This document shows positions 1 to 9,830 of a stretch of 64,000 nucleotides of DNA, piece after piece. Origin of the DNA: an uncultured delta proteobacterium (GTDB taxonomy: Bacteria > Myxococcota_A > Polyangia > Haliangiales > Haliangiaceae). The stretch spans positions 705,882 to 769,881 of the forward strand of contig CAWKDB010000011.1 of the NCBI GenBank assembly GCA_963848295.1, written 5' to 3'. The notes beneath the pieces were generated by a model. It saw only the letters and a program-made list of their open reading frames with translations, had not been told where the DNA came from and made no database searches. A program made the translations under genes and the position numbers. How positions within the stretch are numbered: the first letter of the stretch is position 1; every line of letters starts with the position of its first letter.

Positions 1-448
1 CGACGATCTCGGCGCGCTGGGCGGCCCCGAGCGATAGCTGATCGACGCGCGCACGGGGGTCGATCGGCAAGCCGGTCCGCTGACCGAGCGCCGCGAGCGC
101 GGCGGCCGCCTCGTCGAGATCGAGCAACGGCCCGGCGAGCGGCTCGGCGCCGAGCACCGCGTTCTCGACGACGCTGAGCGTGCCGGCGAACGCGCCGTGC
201 TGTTGCACGATCCCGATCCGCGCCCCACGCGCCGCTCGACGATCCCAGCGTGCGAGATCGACCGCGCGACCGTCGACGGTCAACGTCCCCTCGCCCGCGA
301 TCACGCCCGCGACGATCTTGACGAGCGTGCTCTTGCCCGCGCCGTTCTCGCCGACGAGCGCGTGCACCGTCCCGGGCGCCACCGCGAGCCGCGCGCGCCG
401 GAGCACGGGGACGCCGGCGTAGCGCTTGTCGAGCTCGCACGTGATCAT
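1..448 (-). CDS. ABC transporter ATP-binding protein (sugar/nucleoside type), runs off window start
   Basis: Manual translation MITCELDKRYAGVPVLRRARLAVAPGTVHALVGENGAGKSTLVKI with Walker A; ATGA overlap with the upstream BMP gene. Confidence 0.85.
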   Translation of the reverse strand, partial: MITCELDKRYAGVPVLRRARLAVAPGTVHALVGENGAGKSTLVKIVAGVIAGEGTLTVDGRAVDLARWDRRAARGARIGIVQQHGAFAGTLSVVENAVLGAEPLAGPLLDLDEAAAALAALGQRTGLPIDPRARVDQLSLGAAQRAEIV

Positions 449-1473
449 CGATCGGGGACCGCGATCTTGCCCGCGATGATCTCGCCGCGGATCTGATTCG
501 CGCGGCGCACGACGTCGGGCGGCAACAGCGCGCGGTTGCGATCGTCGGTGACGAACGCGACCCCGTCCTCGGCCAAGCCGAGCTCGCGCAGCCCGCCGTG
601 GAATTTCCCCGCGATCACGTCGCGCACCTCTTGGACGACCGCGACATCGACCCGCTTGACCATGCTGGTCACGACGCAGCACGGCGCCATGTCGAACTGG
701 TCGCTGTCGACGCCGATCGCCTTGGCACCGCGCTCGCGCGCCGCCGCGAACACGCCGTCGCCGGTCTTGCCCGCGGCGTGAAAGATCACGTCGGCGCCGT
801 CGTCGTACTGCGCGGTCGCGAGCTCTTGGCCGAGCGTCGGATCGGAGAACGCCTTCGGCTCGCTGCCGGCGTACGCCGCGATCACGCGACACGCCGGACA
901 CACGTAGTGAACACCGGCGGTGTAGCCCGCCTCGAACTTGCGGATCAGCGGGATCCGCATGCCGCCGACGAACCCGACGACCTGCGTCTTCGTGATCATC
1001 GCGGCGATCGCGCCGACCAGGAAGCTGCCCTCTTGTTCGCGGAACCGCAGGCCGACCAGGTTCGGCGGGATCGTCACGCCTTCGGTCGGCGAGTAGTCGA
1101 TCCCGGCGAACCGGACGTTCGGGAACTCGACCGCGAGCCGCTCGAGATCGCGCCCGAAGATGAACCCGACCCCGATCACGAGATCGAGGTGGCGGGCCGC
1201 GAGGGTGCGCAGCGCCGTGCCGCGGTCGGCGCCTTCGCTCGGCTCGATGAACTCGATCGAGACGCCGAGCTCGTCTCTCGCGCGCTGCAGGCCGCGCCAC
1301 GCGGCCTCGTTGAACGACTTGTCGTTCTTGCCCCCGGTGTCGAACACCAGGCCGACGTGGATCCCTGACCTACCCGCGGTGGTCGCGACGCCATGGCCGG
1401 TCTTCAGTGCGGCCAACGCGACGTTGAGGACCACGAGTCCGACGATCAGCTGGTTCGGCCGCACGGACGTCAC
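445..1473 (-). CDS. BMP family (PnrA/TmpC-like) ABC substrate-binding protein
   Basis: Motifs DKSFNEAAWRG, FREQEGSFLVG, GADVIFHAAG, AIGVDSDQ, TSMVKRVD. Confidence 0.9.
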   Translation of the reverse strand: MTSVRPNQLIVGLVVLNVALAALKTGHGVATTAGRSGIHVGLVFDTGGKNDKSFNEAAWRGLQRARDELGVSIEFIEPSEGADRGTALRTLAARHLDLVIGVGFIFGRDLERLAVEFPNVRFAGIDYSPTEGVTIPPNLVGLRFREQEGSFLVGAIAAMITKTQVVGFVGGMRIPLIRKFEAGYTAGVHYVCPACRVIAAYAGSEPKAFSDPTLGQELATAQYDDGADVIFHAAGKTGDGVFAAARERGAKAIGVDSDQFDMAPCCVVTSMVKRVDVAVVQEVRDVIAGKFHGGLRELGLAEDGVAFVTDDRNRALLPPDVVRRANQIRGEIIAGKIAVPDR

Positions 1474-1498
1474 GCGGCGGACCGTAGCGCGAAACGCG

Positions 1499-2449
1499 TT
1501 ACTGGATGACCGGGCCCGAACAGTCCACGACGATGCTCGGGTCGAACGCGATCGACCACTTGAAGATGTACCCGTTGTCGATCGGCCACAAGTCCGTGAC
1601 CGACAGCTCCCAATCGCCGTTGAGGGTCGAGCCGATCAGCGGCGCGAAGCCGCTCGACGCCTGGTAGTTACCCGCCGGGATGCCCGGGACGGTCTCGCCG
1701 CCGCCGCAGTACGGCTCAGCCGTCATCGGAGAGCCCGCGTTCGCGTAGCTGATCGGATCCGGGTTCGTCGCGGTCGGGGTGAAGCAGTACTCGGCGCCGA
1801 CGCCCGGCACCGGGTCATCGTCGCTGTCGCAGTCGTTCGCCTGGCCGTAGTAGACCTCGCAGATCGAGTTCGGATCGTCGCCGCAGGTCTGACCTTGGAA
1901 CTGCTGGAGCTTGACGACCTGGCCGGTCGGCGACGTCAGGTTGATCTCGAGATCGCGGATCCACGAGTGCTCCATCGTGATGCACACCTCTTGGATGTTC
2001 GAGACGTCGGTGAACGTCTGGGTCGGAGCGAAGCCGGTGAAGTTCAGCTTGGAGGTGTACGACTGGCGGCACTCGTAGCTGTCGCCCGCCGCGTCCATGT
2101 CGCCCGTGATGTCGTAGCAGCGCTGACCCGACGGGCAGCTCGTGGTGTCGTTCTCGCCCGTGCATTCGGTGCCGCCGACACCATCCGGCAGAGCGAGCGG
2201 CGATCCGAGCGGATGCTGGACCTGGCCACACACCGGACACGATCCGACGCCGGAGCAATCGGGGTCGGCGCAGTCGACGAGACCATCGCAGTCGTTGTCG
2301 AGGCCGTCGTTGCAGTTCTCCGGCTGCGGATCGGCGGGACAGTTCGCGGCTTCGCCACCCGCATCGGCACCTTCACCACCTGGACGACCGGACGGGCCAC
2401 ATGCGGCGACGAACACGAGACAGATGGAGAGGCTTAGGATCGAGCGCAT
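1499..2449 (-). CDS. Cys-rich lipoprotein with putative metal-binding motif and proprotein-convertase P-like domain
   Basis: Start MRSILSL after GGAG; lipobox VAAC; CNDGLDNDCDGLVDCADPDC; MEHSWIRDLEINLTSPTG and NGDWELSVTD..DNGYIFKW. Confidence 0.7.
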   Translation of the reverse strand: MRSILSLSICLVFVAACGPSGRPGGEGADAGGEAANCPADPQPENCNDGLDNDCDGLVDCADPDCSGVGSCPVCGQVQHPLGSPLALPDGVGGTECTGENDTTSCPSGQRCYDITGDMDAAGDSYECRQSYTSKLNFTGFAPTQTFTDVSNIQEVCITMEHSWIRDLEINLTSPTGQVVKLQQFQGQTCGDDPNSICEVYYGQANDCDSDDDPVPGVGAEYCFTPTATNPDPISYANAGSPMTAEPYCGGGETVPGIPAGNYQASSGFAPLIGSTLNGDWELSVTDLWPIDNGYIFKWSIAFDPSIVVDCSGPVIQ

Positions 2450-2614
2450 GCGGTCTCCTACAGGTGGGTGGACGCCGCGCACATTACATTGTGTGGAATT
2501 GGGTTCAAGCGAAAAAAGCTGACCCATCCCTTTGGTTTGGGGGAGGCGTGCTTAGGCTGTGTGCTAGGTTACTGCGGGTTCTTTAGCTGCCAACAGCGGG
2601 CATCAGGAGTGCGC

Positions 2615-3658
2615 ATGGGAATCATCAGTTTCATCAAAGGTGGGACTCAGCAGTTAGCGATCGCGAGGCCGGACTCGGCCAAGGACTACTGGGTCTACAA
2701 GCACCCAGATCAGAACATCCCGAGCCATGCGCAGCTGACCGTCGACTCGGACGAGGTCGCGCTGTTCTTCAAGGACGGCAAGTTCGTCGGCAGCCTCGCC
2801 GCCGGCCGCCACACGTTGGACGGCGCGAGCATCCCGTTCTTGGGCCTGCTCGTCGACAAGATCACGGGCGGCAACGTCTTCATCTGCGAGGTCTTCTTCG
2901 TCACCACGCGCGAGCTCCCGTCGATCAAGTTCGGCACCTCGATCGGCGACATCCAGGATCCGCAGACCCAGCTGCGCGTGCGGCTGATGGTCTACGGCGA
3001 ATTCTCCGCGAAGGTGATCGATCCGCCGAAGTTCGTGATCGGCATCGTCGGTCAGCGCGCGACCGACAACGACGCATTCCTCGGCTGGTTCAAGAGCCAG
3101 GTCCAAAAGACGATGAAGGACGGCATCGCCGAGCTGATCGTCAAGCAGAACTGGCCGCTGATGAAGGTCACCTCGGGCGCATACACCGAGGAGATCGAGA
3201 CCAGCACGCTCGCGAATGTCCGCAAGAACATCGAGCCGTACGGCGTCGAGATCATGCGGTTCGGCGACTTCTCGGTGACGATGGATCCGAACGACAAGGA
3301 GCGGCTCGACAAGCTCGTCGATCGGATGGCGTACGTCGCGGGCATGGGCTCGGCGCCGGGCGGCATGGCCGCGTACCAGCAGCTCGCACAGGCCGAGATG
3401 ATGATGGGCGCCGCCGAAGGCTTGAAGACCGGCGACGGCGGCGGTGGTGCCTTGCAGGGCGCGGGCATCGGCATGGGCTTCGCGATGGCCGGCCAGATGG
3501 CGAACGCGATGGGCGGATCGCAGGTCAGGCCGGCGGCGCCCGAGAGCAAGGACCAGATCATGGCGACGCTCAAGCAGCTCGGCGAGCTCAAGGCCTCCGG
3601 CGTGCTGACCGACGCGGAGTTCGACGCGAAGAAGAAAGAGTTGCTTGCCAAGCTCTGA
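2615..3658 (+). CDS. SPFH (band-7-like) domain protein with C-terminal SHOCT domain
   Basis: QLTVDSDEVALFFKDGK...GRHTL; C-terminal LKQLGELKASGVLTDAEFDAKKKELL; start MGIISF after AGGAG. Confidence 0.8.
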   Translation: MGIISFIKGGTQQLAIARPDSAKDYWVYKHPDQNIPSHAQLTVDSDEVALFFKDGKFVGSLAAGRHTLDGASIPFLGLLVDKITGGNVFICEVFFVTTRELPSIKFGTSIGDIQDPQTQLRVRLMVYGEFSAKVIDPPKFVIGIVGQRATDNDAFLGWFKSQVQKTMKDGIAELIVKQNWPLMKVTSGAYTEEIETSTLANVRKNIEPYGVEIMRFGDFSVTMDPNDKERLDKLVDRMAYVAGMGSAPGGMAAYQQLAQAEMMMGAAEGLKTGDGGGGALQGAGIGMGFAMAGQMANAMGGSQVRPAAPESKDQIMATLKQLGELKASGVLTDAEFDAKKKELLAKL

Positions 3659-3725
3659 CCGGCCGAGCGAGGCAAGGCTGGCGCATGCCAGCCGCGCAGC
3701 AGCGCCGAAGGCGGTGCGCAGGTAA

Positions 3726-4439
3726 ATGGACAACCGCGCGTACTACGACGACTTCGCGGGCTGGTACGAGCGCGACCGCCACCTGCCTTATCACCGGATG
3801 CTCGACGATCTCGAAGTCGAGCTGGTCGAGCGCTATGCGACCGGCAAGGACGCGCTCGAGGTCGGCTGCGGCACGGGCCTCATCCTCGATCGCGTCGCGG
3901 CCTTCGCGCGCGGCGCCGCCGGGATCGATCTCTCGGCCGGCATGCTCGCGCGAGCGGCGCGTCGCGGCTTGGCCGTGGCGCAGGCCTCGGCGACCGAGCT
4001 GCCGATCGCGAGCGCGTCGGTCGACGTCGCGTACTCGTTCAAGGTGCTCGCGCATATTCCGGACATCGTGGGCGCGCTGCGCGAGATGACGCGCGTCGTC
4101 CGACCGGGCGGCTACGTGCTCGCCGAGTTCTACAACGCGCGTTCGATCCGCCGGCTGGTCAAGGCGATGAAGCCGCCGACCGCGATCTCCGAGCAGGCCA
4201 ATGACGAGCACGTCTACACCCGCTACGACGATGCGCGCGCGATCCGCAGCTATCTACCTCCCGACCTCGAGTGGGTCGCGACTCGCGGCATCCGCGTGAT
4301 CACGCCGACCGCGGCGATGTTGCGCGTGCCGGTGCTGGGCGCCGCGATGCGCTGGGCCGAGCACCAGCTCGCCGACCTACCGGGCGCCCGCGATGTCGGC
4401 GGCTTCCTCGTCGCGGTCTGTCGCAAGCGCTCCGTCTGA
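3726..4439 (+). CDS. Class I SAM-dependent methyltransferase
   Basis: ALEVGCGTG motif I, GIDLS, VVRPGG. Confidence 0.85.
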   Translation: MDNRAYYDDFAGWYERDRHLPYHRMLDDLEVELVERYATGKDALEVGCGTGLILDRVAAFARGAAGIDLSAGMLARAARRGLAVAQASATELPIASASVDVAYSFKVLAHIPDIVGALREMTRVVRPGGYVLAEFYNARSIRRLVKAMKPPTAISEQANDEHVYTRYDDARAIRSYLPPDLEWVATRGIRVITPTAAMLRVPVLGAAMRWAEHQLADLPGARDVGGFLVAVCRKRSV

Positions 4440-4447
4440 TCTCGCCC

Positions 4448-6211
4448 TCAGTCGTGCGGCGCGACGCGCTTCGCGATCGCATCGAGCTCCGCTGCCTCGT
4501 CGGTGCGACCTTGCTCGCGGAGATCCTGCGCGAGGATCAGCCAACCGCGCAGCAAGCGGTTGTGCGCGATCGTCGGATATCCGTCGCGCGGACCCGGGAC
4601 CGGCTCGTCGATCTCGAACTGCGCGAGGAGCGCGCGGTTCTGCGCGATGATGTCATCGAGCGACGGCGGCGGATCACTCGGGGCGGCGATGCGAAACACT
4701 TCCCCGTATGGATAGCTCGGGAACGTCTCGAGCACGGTGCCAAACAAGATATCGGCGAACACCGGCCGCCTCGCCTGCAAGAGCCGGCCGACCAGCGCTA
4801 CGATGGGCTCGTGCGCAGCGATCGCGAGGCCGCGCGCGGCGATCCGATCGCGATACCACGGGCGCGACAGCATCGGCACCGCGAGCACGACGACGTCGGG
4901 ACGAATGCCGAGCACGTCTTGCACGTAGGTCGAGCCGAAGCCTTGTTCGTCCGAGGCGACGAGGACGACCGCGTCCTTCGGCAGCGATCGCACGAGATTC
5001 ACGATGCCGTTCTCGACCGCCGGGGAGTCGATCGCCGCGACCTGCGGCAGCGCGAGCGCGCCGAGCACGCCGACCGCGGCGATCGCGGCGACCTCGGCGA
5101 TCCACAGCGGCAGATCGATCGCGCGCGACGCGAGCTCGCCGACGCGATCGAACCCGAGTGCGACCGCGGGCACGAGCAGGAGCAACGGCAGGAGATGAAA
5201 GCGCTGGCACACCAGCGCCGTCACCGGCAGGTCCGGAAGATCGAAGCGCGACGCGAGCAACGGCCCTGCGAGCGCGAACGACAGCGCGAGCATCCACCAA
5301 CCGGTTCTCGGCTCGGCGTGCTCTGGCGCGCGCCGCAGGCACCGCACCACGAGTGCGGCGACACCGATCGCGAGCGGCAGCCACAGCCAACCGCGAGCAA
5401 GCGAGCTCGCGAGCTGCGAGAGCCCGCGCGCGACATCGGCGTGGCCGTGGCCGGTCGCCGAGAACGCGCCGAGGCCGCCGTACTCGCGGCGCGTGACCGA
5501 CGCGACGAGCCCATCGAAGCCGCGCACGACGCCCCACGACGCGGGGGAATCCGGCGCGATCAGCAGATACGCGTACGGCGCGAGGCCGAGCACGAACGCA
5601 CCTGCCGCCGCCGCGATCGCGAGGCCACGGCGATCGGCTTCGCGGATGCCTCGCACCACGCCGAGCAAGCCGACCGGCGCGACGAGCACGCACGTGAGGT
5701 GGTCGCACAGGCCCAGCCCGGCGACGAGCGAGAGCAGCACCGCGCGCCGCACGCCTCGCACCGGACCACCGGCCGCGGCGAGCCACAATACGGTCGCGAC
5801 GACGAGGTCGTCGAGCGCGAACACCTCGGCCTCGGTCGTGACGTGCAAGACGACCGGCGCGGTCGCGAAGATCGCAGCTGCGAGCGACGCCGACGCAGGT
5901 CGCGCGCCCCACGCGATCGCCGCGGCGCGGATCACGACGACCGAGGCGACGCCGAGCATCGCGGTCGCGAGCGCGGCGGCGTGCGCCGGGCTGTGCACCG
6001 GCAGCCACGACCACGCGCGCAGCCACAGCACGTAGAGCGGATAGCCCGAGGGATGCGCGGCGCCGCCGAGCTGCGCGAGCGCGGAGAACTCCGCGTTGTC
6101 GCCGTCGACGATCACGTCGGGCGCGACCGCGAAGTACAGCACCGCGACCGCGACGCCGAGCAGCCAGCCGCGATCGAGCGCGCGGCGGACGACGGCGAGC
6201 CACGACGACAT
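4448..6211 (-). CDS. DUF2723 / TMEM260-like GT-C membrane glycosyltransferase (copy A)
   Basis: VDGDNAEFSALAQLGGAAHPSGYPLY, AEVFAL, GLGLCDHLT; many TM helices; start MSSWLAVV at 6211. Confidence 0.8.
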   Translation of the reverse strand: MSSWLAVVRRALDRGWLLGVAVAVLYFAVAPDVIVDGDNAEFSALAQLGGAAHPSGYPLYVLWLRAWSWLPVHSPAHAAALATAMLGVASVVVIRAAAIAWGARPASASLAAAIFATAPVVLHVTTEAEVFALDDLVVATVLWLAAAGGPVRGVRRAVLLSLVAGLGLCDHLTCVLVAPVGLLGVVRGIREADRRGLAIAAAAGAFVLGLAPYAYLLIAPDSPASWGVVRGFDGLVASVTRREYGGLGAFSATGHGHADVARGLSQLASSLARGWLWLPLAIGVAALVVRCLRRAPEHAEPRTGWWMLALSFALAGPLLASRFDLPDLPVTALVCQRFHLLPLLLLVPAVALGFDRVGELASRAIDLPLWIAEVAAIAAVGVLGALALPQVAAIDSPAVENGIVNLVRSLPKDAVVLVASDEQGFGSTYVQDVLGIRPDVVVLAVPMLSRPWYRDRIAARGLAIAAHEPIVALVGRLLQARRPVFADILFGTVLETFPSYPYGEVFRIAAPSDPPPSLDDIIAQNRALLAQFEIDEPVPGPRDGYPTIAHNRLLRGWLILAQDLREQGRTDEAAELDAIAKRVAPHD

Positions 6212-6243
6212 GGCGCGATACTCGCCCGCGCCGGCCCGATCCG

Positions 6244-8082
6244 TCACGGCAGCGAGCGCTCGATCTCGCGCACGCGCGGCGCGAGCGCCGGATCCGCGGA
6301 CGCGGCATCGAGATGCACCTTCGCATCGGCGGTGCGGCCGAGCGCGAGCAGCGCGAGCGCGAGGTTGAAGCGGTTCGCGAGGTTGTCGGGCTCGAGCCCG
6401 TTCGCGACCTCGAACGCGGCGAGCGCCTCGGCGGGCGCGTGCGCGGCGAGCGCGATCTTGCCGTGCAAGCGCTGGCCATTGACGTAGTCCGGCGCCGCCG
6501 CGGTCGCGCGCCGTGCCCACGCGAGGGCCTCGGCGTTGCCGCCTTGATTCGACAGCCACAGCGCGAGATCGGACATCGCGCGGTAGTCGCCGCCGTCGGC
6601 GGCCGCGCGCATCTCGACGAGCGCGCGCACGGGCTCACCGCGCTCGGCCAACAACAACGCGTAGCGATGGCGCAGCCGCGGCGACGTGGTCTCGCCCAAG
6701 CCGTGCTCGGTCGCGGCGAAGGCGGCGGCCGAGTCGCCGGCCTCGTCGAGCGTCTCGGCGTAGTTGCTCCACGCATCGCCGTCGGCGGGATCCGAGTCGA
6801 CCGCACGCGCCCATAGCGAGCGCGCGTCCGACCACTGCGCTTGCGCGTCGAGTGTTCGCACACCCGCAGCCAAGACAATCACGCCGATCAACGCGGCTCG
6901 CATCCGCTTGTCCGGGATCCGGACAAGCCCGCAAGCGGCGAGCAGCGCGAGCCCGAGCGACGGCACGAGCAGGTAGCGATCGGCGACCAGCACCATCTGG
7001 AGCGGCAGGATCGCCTGGCTGAACGGCAGATATGTGACGAGCCAGAACGCGGCGCCCGCGCGAAGCTCGGCAGGAGGTCTCCACCGGCCCAGCCGCGGTG
7101 CGAACGCGATCGCACCAAGCGCGACAAAGCCGACTGCGCCGAGCGCGAGATCGCCCGGGCCCGGGCCGGTGCTCGCGATCGGATACGACACCGCGGCGCG
7201 CACCGCGAGCGCGACGTCACGCAGGTAGAAGCCGTGGACGCCGAGCACGGTCGCGATCCGCCCGGCCGGCGATTGCAGCTCGGTGCCGACCACCGCCGAT
7301 CGGGTCGCGAGATAGACCACCGGCGCGAACGCGGCGGCGGCGACGACCGCGATCGCAGCGAGCGCGCCGAGGCTGCGCCGCCACGCGATCCGTTTCGCCG
7401 GCAACGCGAGCTCGAGCGCCGCGAGCGCCGCGACCCCGAACGCACTCGGCGCCTTGCTCCAGATCGCGAACACCGCGCTGATCATCGCGAGCGCGAGGTA
7501 CCGGGCGCGACCTCCGCTGCGATAGGTCGCGAAGCCGAGCGCGCACACGCCGAGCCAAAACGCGGCGAGCACGCCCTTGCGCTCGGCGAGCCACGCGACC
7601 GACTCGGCGTGACTCGGGGCGACCGCCCACAACAGCACCGCGATGCCGGCGAGCGTGCGATCGATGCCGAACCGCGTCAGCGCCGCGAACCACACGCCGA
7701 TCGCGGCGACGTACAGCGCGACGTTGGTCACGTGATGACCGCCGAACCAATCGCCCCACACCGCGAAGTCGGCCATCACCGAGAGATCGCGCACCGGCAG
7801 ATACTCGGGCGTCAGGACGAACCGCTTCGGCGAGCTGAGATCGAACAGGATCGTCCGGATCGCATCGCCCGACGCGTGGTGGACGATCCAGTTATCGCGC
7901 ACCAGCCACGCATCGTCGTAGCCCACGATGCCGTAGCTCAGCGTCGCGGCGTACAGCGCGACCGCGAGCGCGATCGCGAGCAGGCACAGCGCGAGCCCGG
8001 GGTCGGCGCGCAGCCGAGCGAGCACACCGCGCTGCCGTTCGGCAGCGCTGCCGGCCGGGAGGGAATCCCGGCCGCCGGTCAT
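6244..8082 (-). CDS. TMTC-like GT-C glycosyltransferase with C-terminal TPR repeats
   Basis: GYDDAWLVRDN (DD motif), EYLPVRDLS, HAESVAWLAERK, ADRYLLVP, QWSDARSLW then TPR helices; start MTGGRD overlaps stop of upstream gene. Confidence 0.8.
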   Translation of the reverse strand: MTGGRDSLPAGSAAERQRGVLARLRADPGLALCLLAIALAVALYAATLSYGIVGYDDAWLVRDNWIVHHASGDAIRTILFDLSSPKRFVLTPEYLPVRDLSVMADFAVWGDWFGGHHVTNVALYVAAIGVWFAALTRFGIDRTLAGIAVLLWAVAPSHAESVAWLAERKGVLAAFWLGVCALGFATYRSGGRARYLALAMISAVFAIWSKAPSAFGVAALAALELALPAKRIAWRRSLGALAAIAVVAAAAFAPVVYLATRSAVVGTELQSPAGRIATVLGVHGFYLRDVALAVRAAVSYPIASTGPGPGDLALGAVGFVALGAIAFAPRLGRWRPPAELRAGAAFWLVTYLPFSQAILPLQMVLVADRYLLVPSLGLALLAACGLVRIPDKRMRAALIGVIVLAAGVRTLDAQAQWSDARSLWARAVDSDPADGDAWSNYAETLDEAGDSAAAFAATEHGLGETTSPRLRHRYALLLAERGEPVRALVEMRAAADGGDYRAMSDLALWLSNQGGNAEALAWARRATAAAPDYVNGQRLHGKIALAAHAPAEALAAFEVANGLEPDNLANRFNLALALLALGRTADAKVHLDAASADPALAPRVREIERSLP

Positions 8083-9830
8083 GGCGCCGGTCCGAGGTCG
8101 CGCGCGGTCTGGTACGCGGCAGCGGATCGCTCGGGATCGATCGACTGCAGCGCGTGGCCGAGCGCCTGCCAGGCCTGGGCGTACCGCTGATGGACGAGCG
8201 TCGCCCATTCGTCGTCGGGGCCCGGCCGCGCATACGCGAGATCGAAGCCGGCGAATAACGCGCGGTTCTCGATCTCGGCGTCGCTGACGGTCATCGCCGC
8301 GCCTTCGCTCGTGACGTGCATCAGCGTGCCGAACGGATACGCGGGCAGCGCGCGCAGCACGTCCCGCTCGCCCGGATCGATGAACACCGGCCGGCCGGTC
8401 GCGAGCAAGTGGCGGACGAGACGGAGCTCGGCCGGCTCGGGGCCCGCCTCCGCGACGCAGCCGCGCTCGGCGACGCGATGGCGGTACCACGGCAACGACA
8501 TCATCCCCCACGCGACGATCGTGACGTCTTGCCGCTCGCCGAGCGCGTACTGCAAGTAGCCCCACGAAAATACGAACGCGTCGACCGCGTCGATCACGAC
8601 CGCGTCGTGCGGCAGCGCGCGCAGCATGTTCCGCGCGTGGGCCTCGAGCGCGTCGGTGTGAACCCGTTGGACGTACGACAGCGAGCCGCCGGCGCACGCG
8701 AGAAACCCGAGCGTCGCCGCGATCGGCGCCGCCGGGCGTCGCCACGCGCGCACGCGCTCGGGCAGCCAGCGAGCGAGCTCGGTGAACGCGACCGCGACCG
8801 GAATCGCGAGCAGCAACGTCGGCAACACGTGGAACCGGCGCACGATGTAGAGGCCGATCGCCTCGGGCGCGGCGTTGAACTGCGACATCAGCACGGGCCC
8901 TGCGAGCAACCACGACACCGCGAGCATGCCCCACGCCCAGCGATCGCGCGTGTTCGGGCGCGGCGCCGCGATCCGCCAACCGAGCAGGCCGAGCGCGAGC
9001 GCGACCGGCAGCCACAGCCACGCGCGGCCGATGGTCCTCAGCATCGCGACGATCGAGTCGCCGATCGCGGCTTGCGCGCCGTGCGCGACGAGCGTGCTCG
9101 TACCGTAGTCGGCGCGGGTCGCGAGGTGCAGCAGATCGCCGAGGTCGTGGACCTTGCCCCACGACAGCGGGGTCTCGGGCGTCGCGAACGCGTAGAGGTA
9201 GGGCGCGAGGCCGATCACCAACCCGGCCGCCGCGAGCGCGATCGCGACGAGCTTGCGACCGCTCGTCTCGCGCACGCCGCACACCACGCCGTAGATCCCG
9301 ACCGGAGCGACGAGCGCGCACGTCAGGTGATTCGCGAGCCCCAAGCCGGCGACCAGGCCGAGCGCGGCGGTGCGCTTCGCGCCTCGCACGGAGCCGTCGG
9401 GCGCCGCGAGCCACAGCACGGCCGCGACGATCAAGTTGTTGAGCGCGAACACCTCGGCTTCGGTCGCGAGTCGCATCACGACCGGCGCCGCCGCGAACAT
9501 CGCGCACGCGATCGTCGCCGCGAGTGGCTTCGCGCCCCACGCCCGACATGCCGCATGCAGCATGACGACGGCCGCCGCGCCGATCGCGGTGGTCACGAGC
9601 GCCGCCGCGTGCGCCGGGCTCGCGGCCGGCAACCACGACAGCGCGCGCAGGATCAGCAAGTACAGCGGATAGCCCGACGGGTGCGCGATGCCGCCGATCG
9701 TGCCGAGCGTCGAGAGCTCGGCGTTGTCGCCGTCGACGACGTGGGTCGGCGCGAGCCACGCATAGACGACGAGCACGACGACGCCGAGCAAGCCGCCGCG
9801 ATCGATCATCAGCTCGCGCAGGCGCTTCAC
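8079..9830 (-). CDS. DUF2723 / TMEM260-like glycosyltransferase (copy B)
   Basis: VDGDNAELSTLGTIGGIAHPSGYPLY, AEVFALNN, GLGLANHLT; GTG start overlapping stop of copy C. Confidence 0.8.
   Translation of the reverse strand: MKRLRELMIDRGGLLGVVVLVVYAWLAPTHVVDGDNAELSTLGTIGGIAHPSGYPLYLLILRALSWLPAASPAHAAALVTTAIGAAAVVMLHAACRAWGAKPLAATIACAMFAAAPVVMRLATEAEVFALNNLIVAAVLWLAAPDGSVRGAKRTAALGLVAGLGLANHLTCALVAPVGIYGVVCGVRETSGRKLVAIALAAAGLVIGLAPYLYAFATPETPLSWGKVHDLGDLLHLATRADYGTSTLVAHGAQAAIGDSIVAMLRTIGRAWLWLPVALALGLLGWRIAAPRPNTRDRWAWGMLAVSWLLAGPVLMSQFNAAPEAIGLYIVRRFHVLPTLLLAIPVAVAFTELARWLPERVRAWRRPAAPIAATLGFLACAGGSLSYVQRVHTDALEAHARNMLRALPHDAVVIDAVDAFVFSWGYLQYALGERQDVTIVAWGMMSLPWYRHRVAERGCVAEAGPEPAELRLVRHLLATGRPVFIDPGERDVLRALPAYPFGTLMHVTSEGAAMTVSDAEIENRALFAGFDLAYARPGPDDEWATLVHQRYAQAWQALGHALQSIDPERSAAAYQTARDLGPAP

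Noticed and set aside
3676..3720. Intergenic hairpins as a riboswitch upstream of the methyltransferase
   Set aside because: No recognisable SAM or SAH aptamer consensus; more likely a REP-like or stabilising stem.
4271..6487. Long antisense and alternate-frame ORFs here and throughout the window
   Set aside because: They are Arg/Ala/Pro-rich shadow ORFs expected in high-GC DNA, overlapping well-supported genes and lacking motifs.
6244..9759. 1171-aa ORF as a single giant protein
   Set aside because: The first 560 or so residues are an Arg-rich shadow frame over DUF2723 copy B; the real gene starts at 8082.
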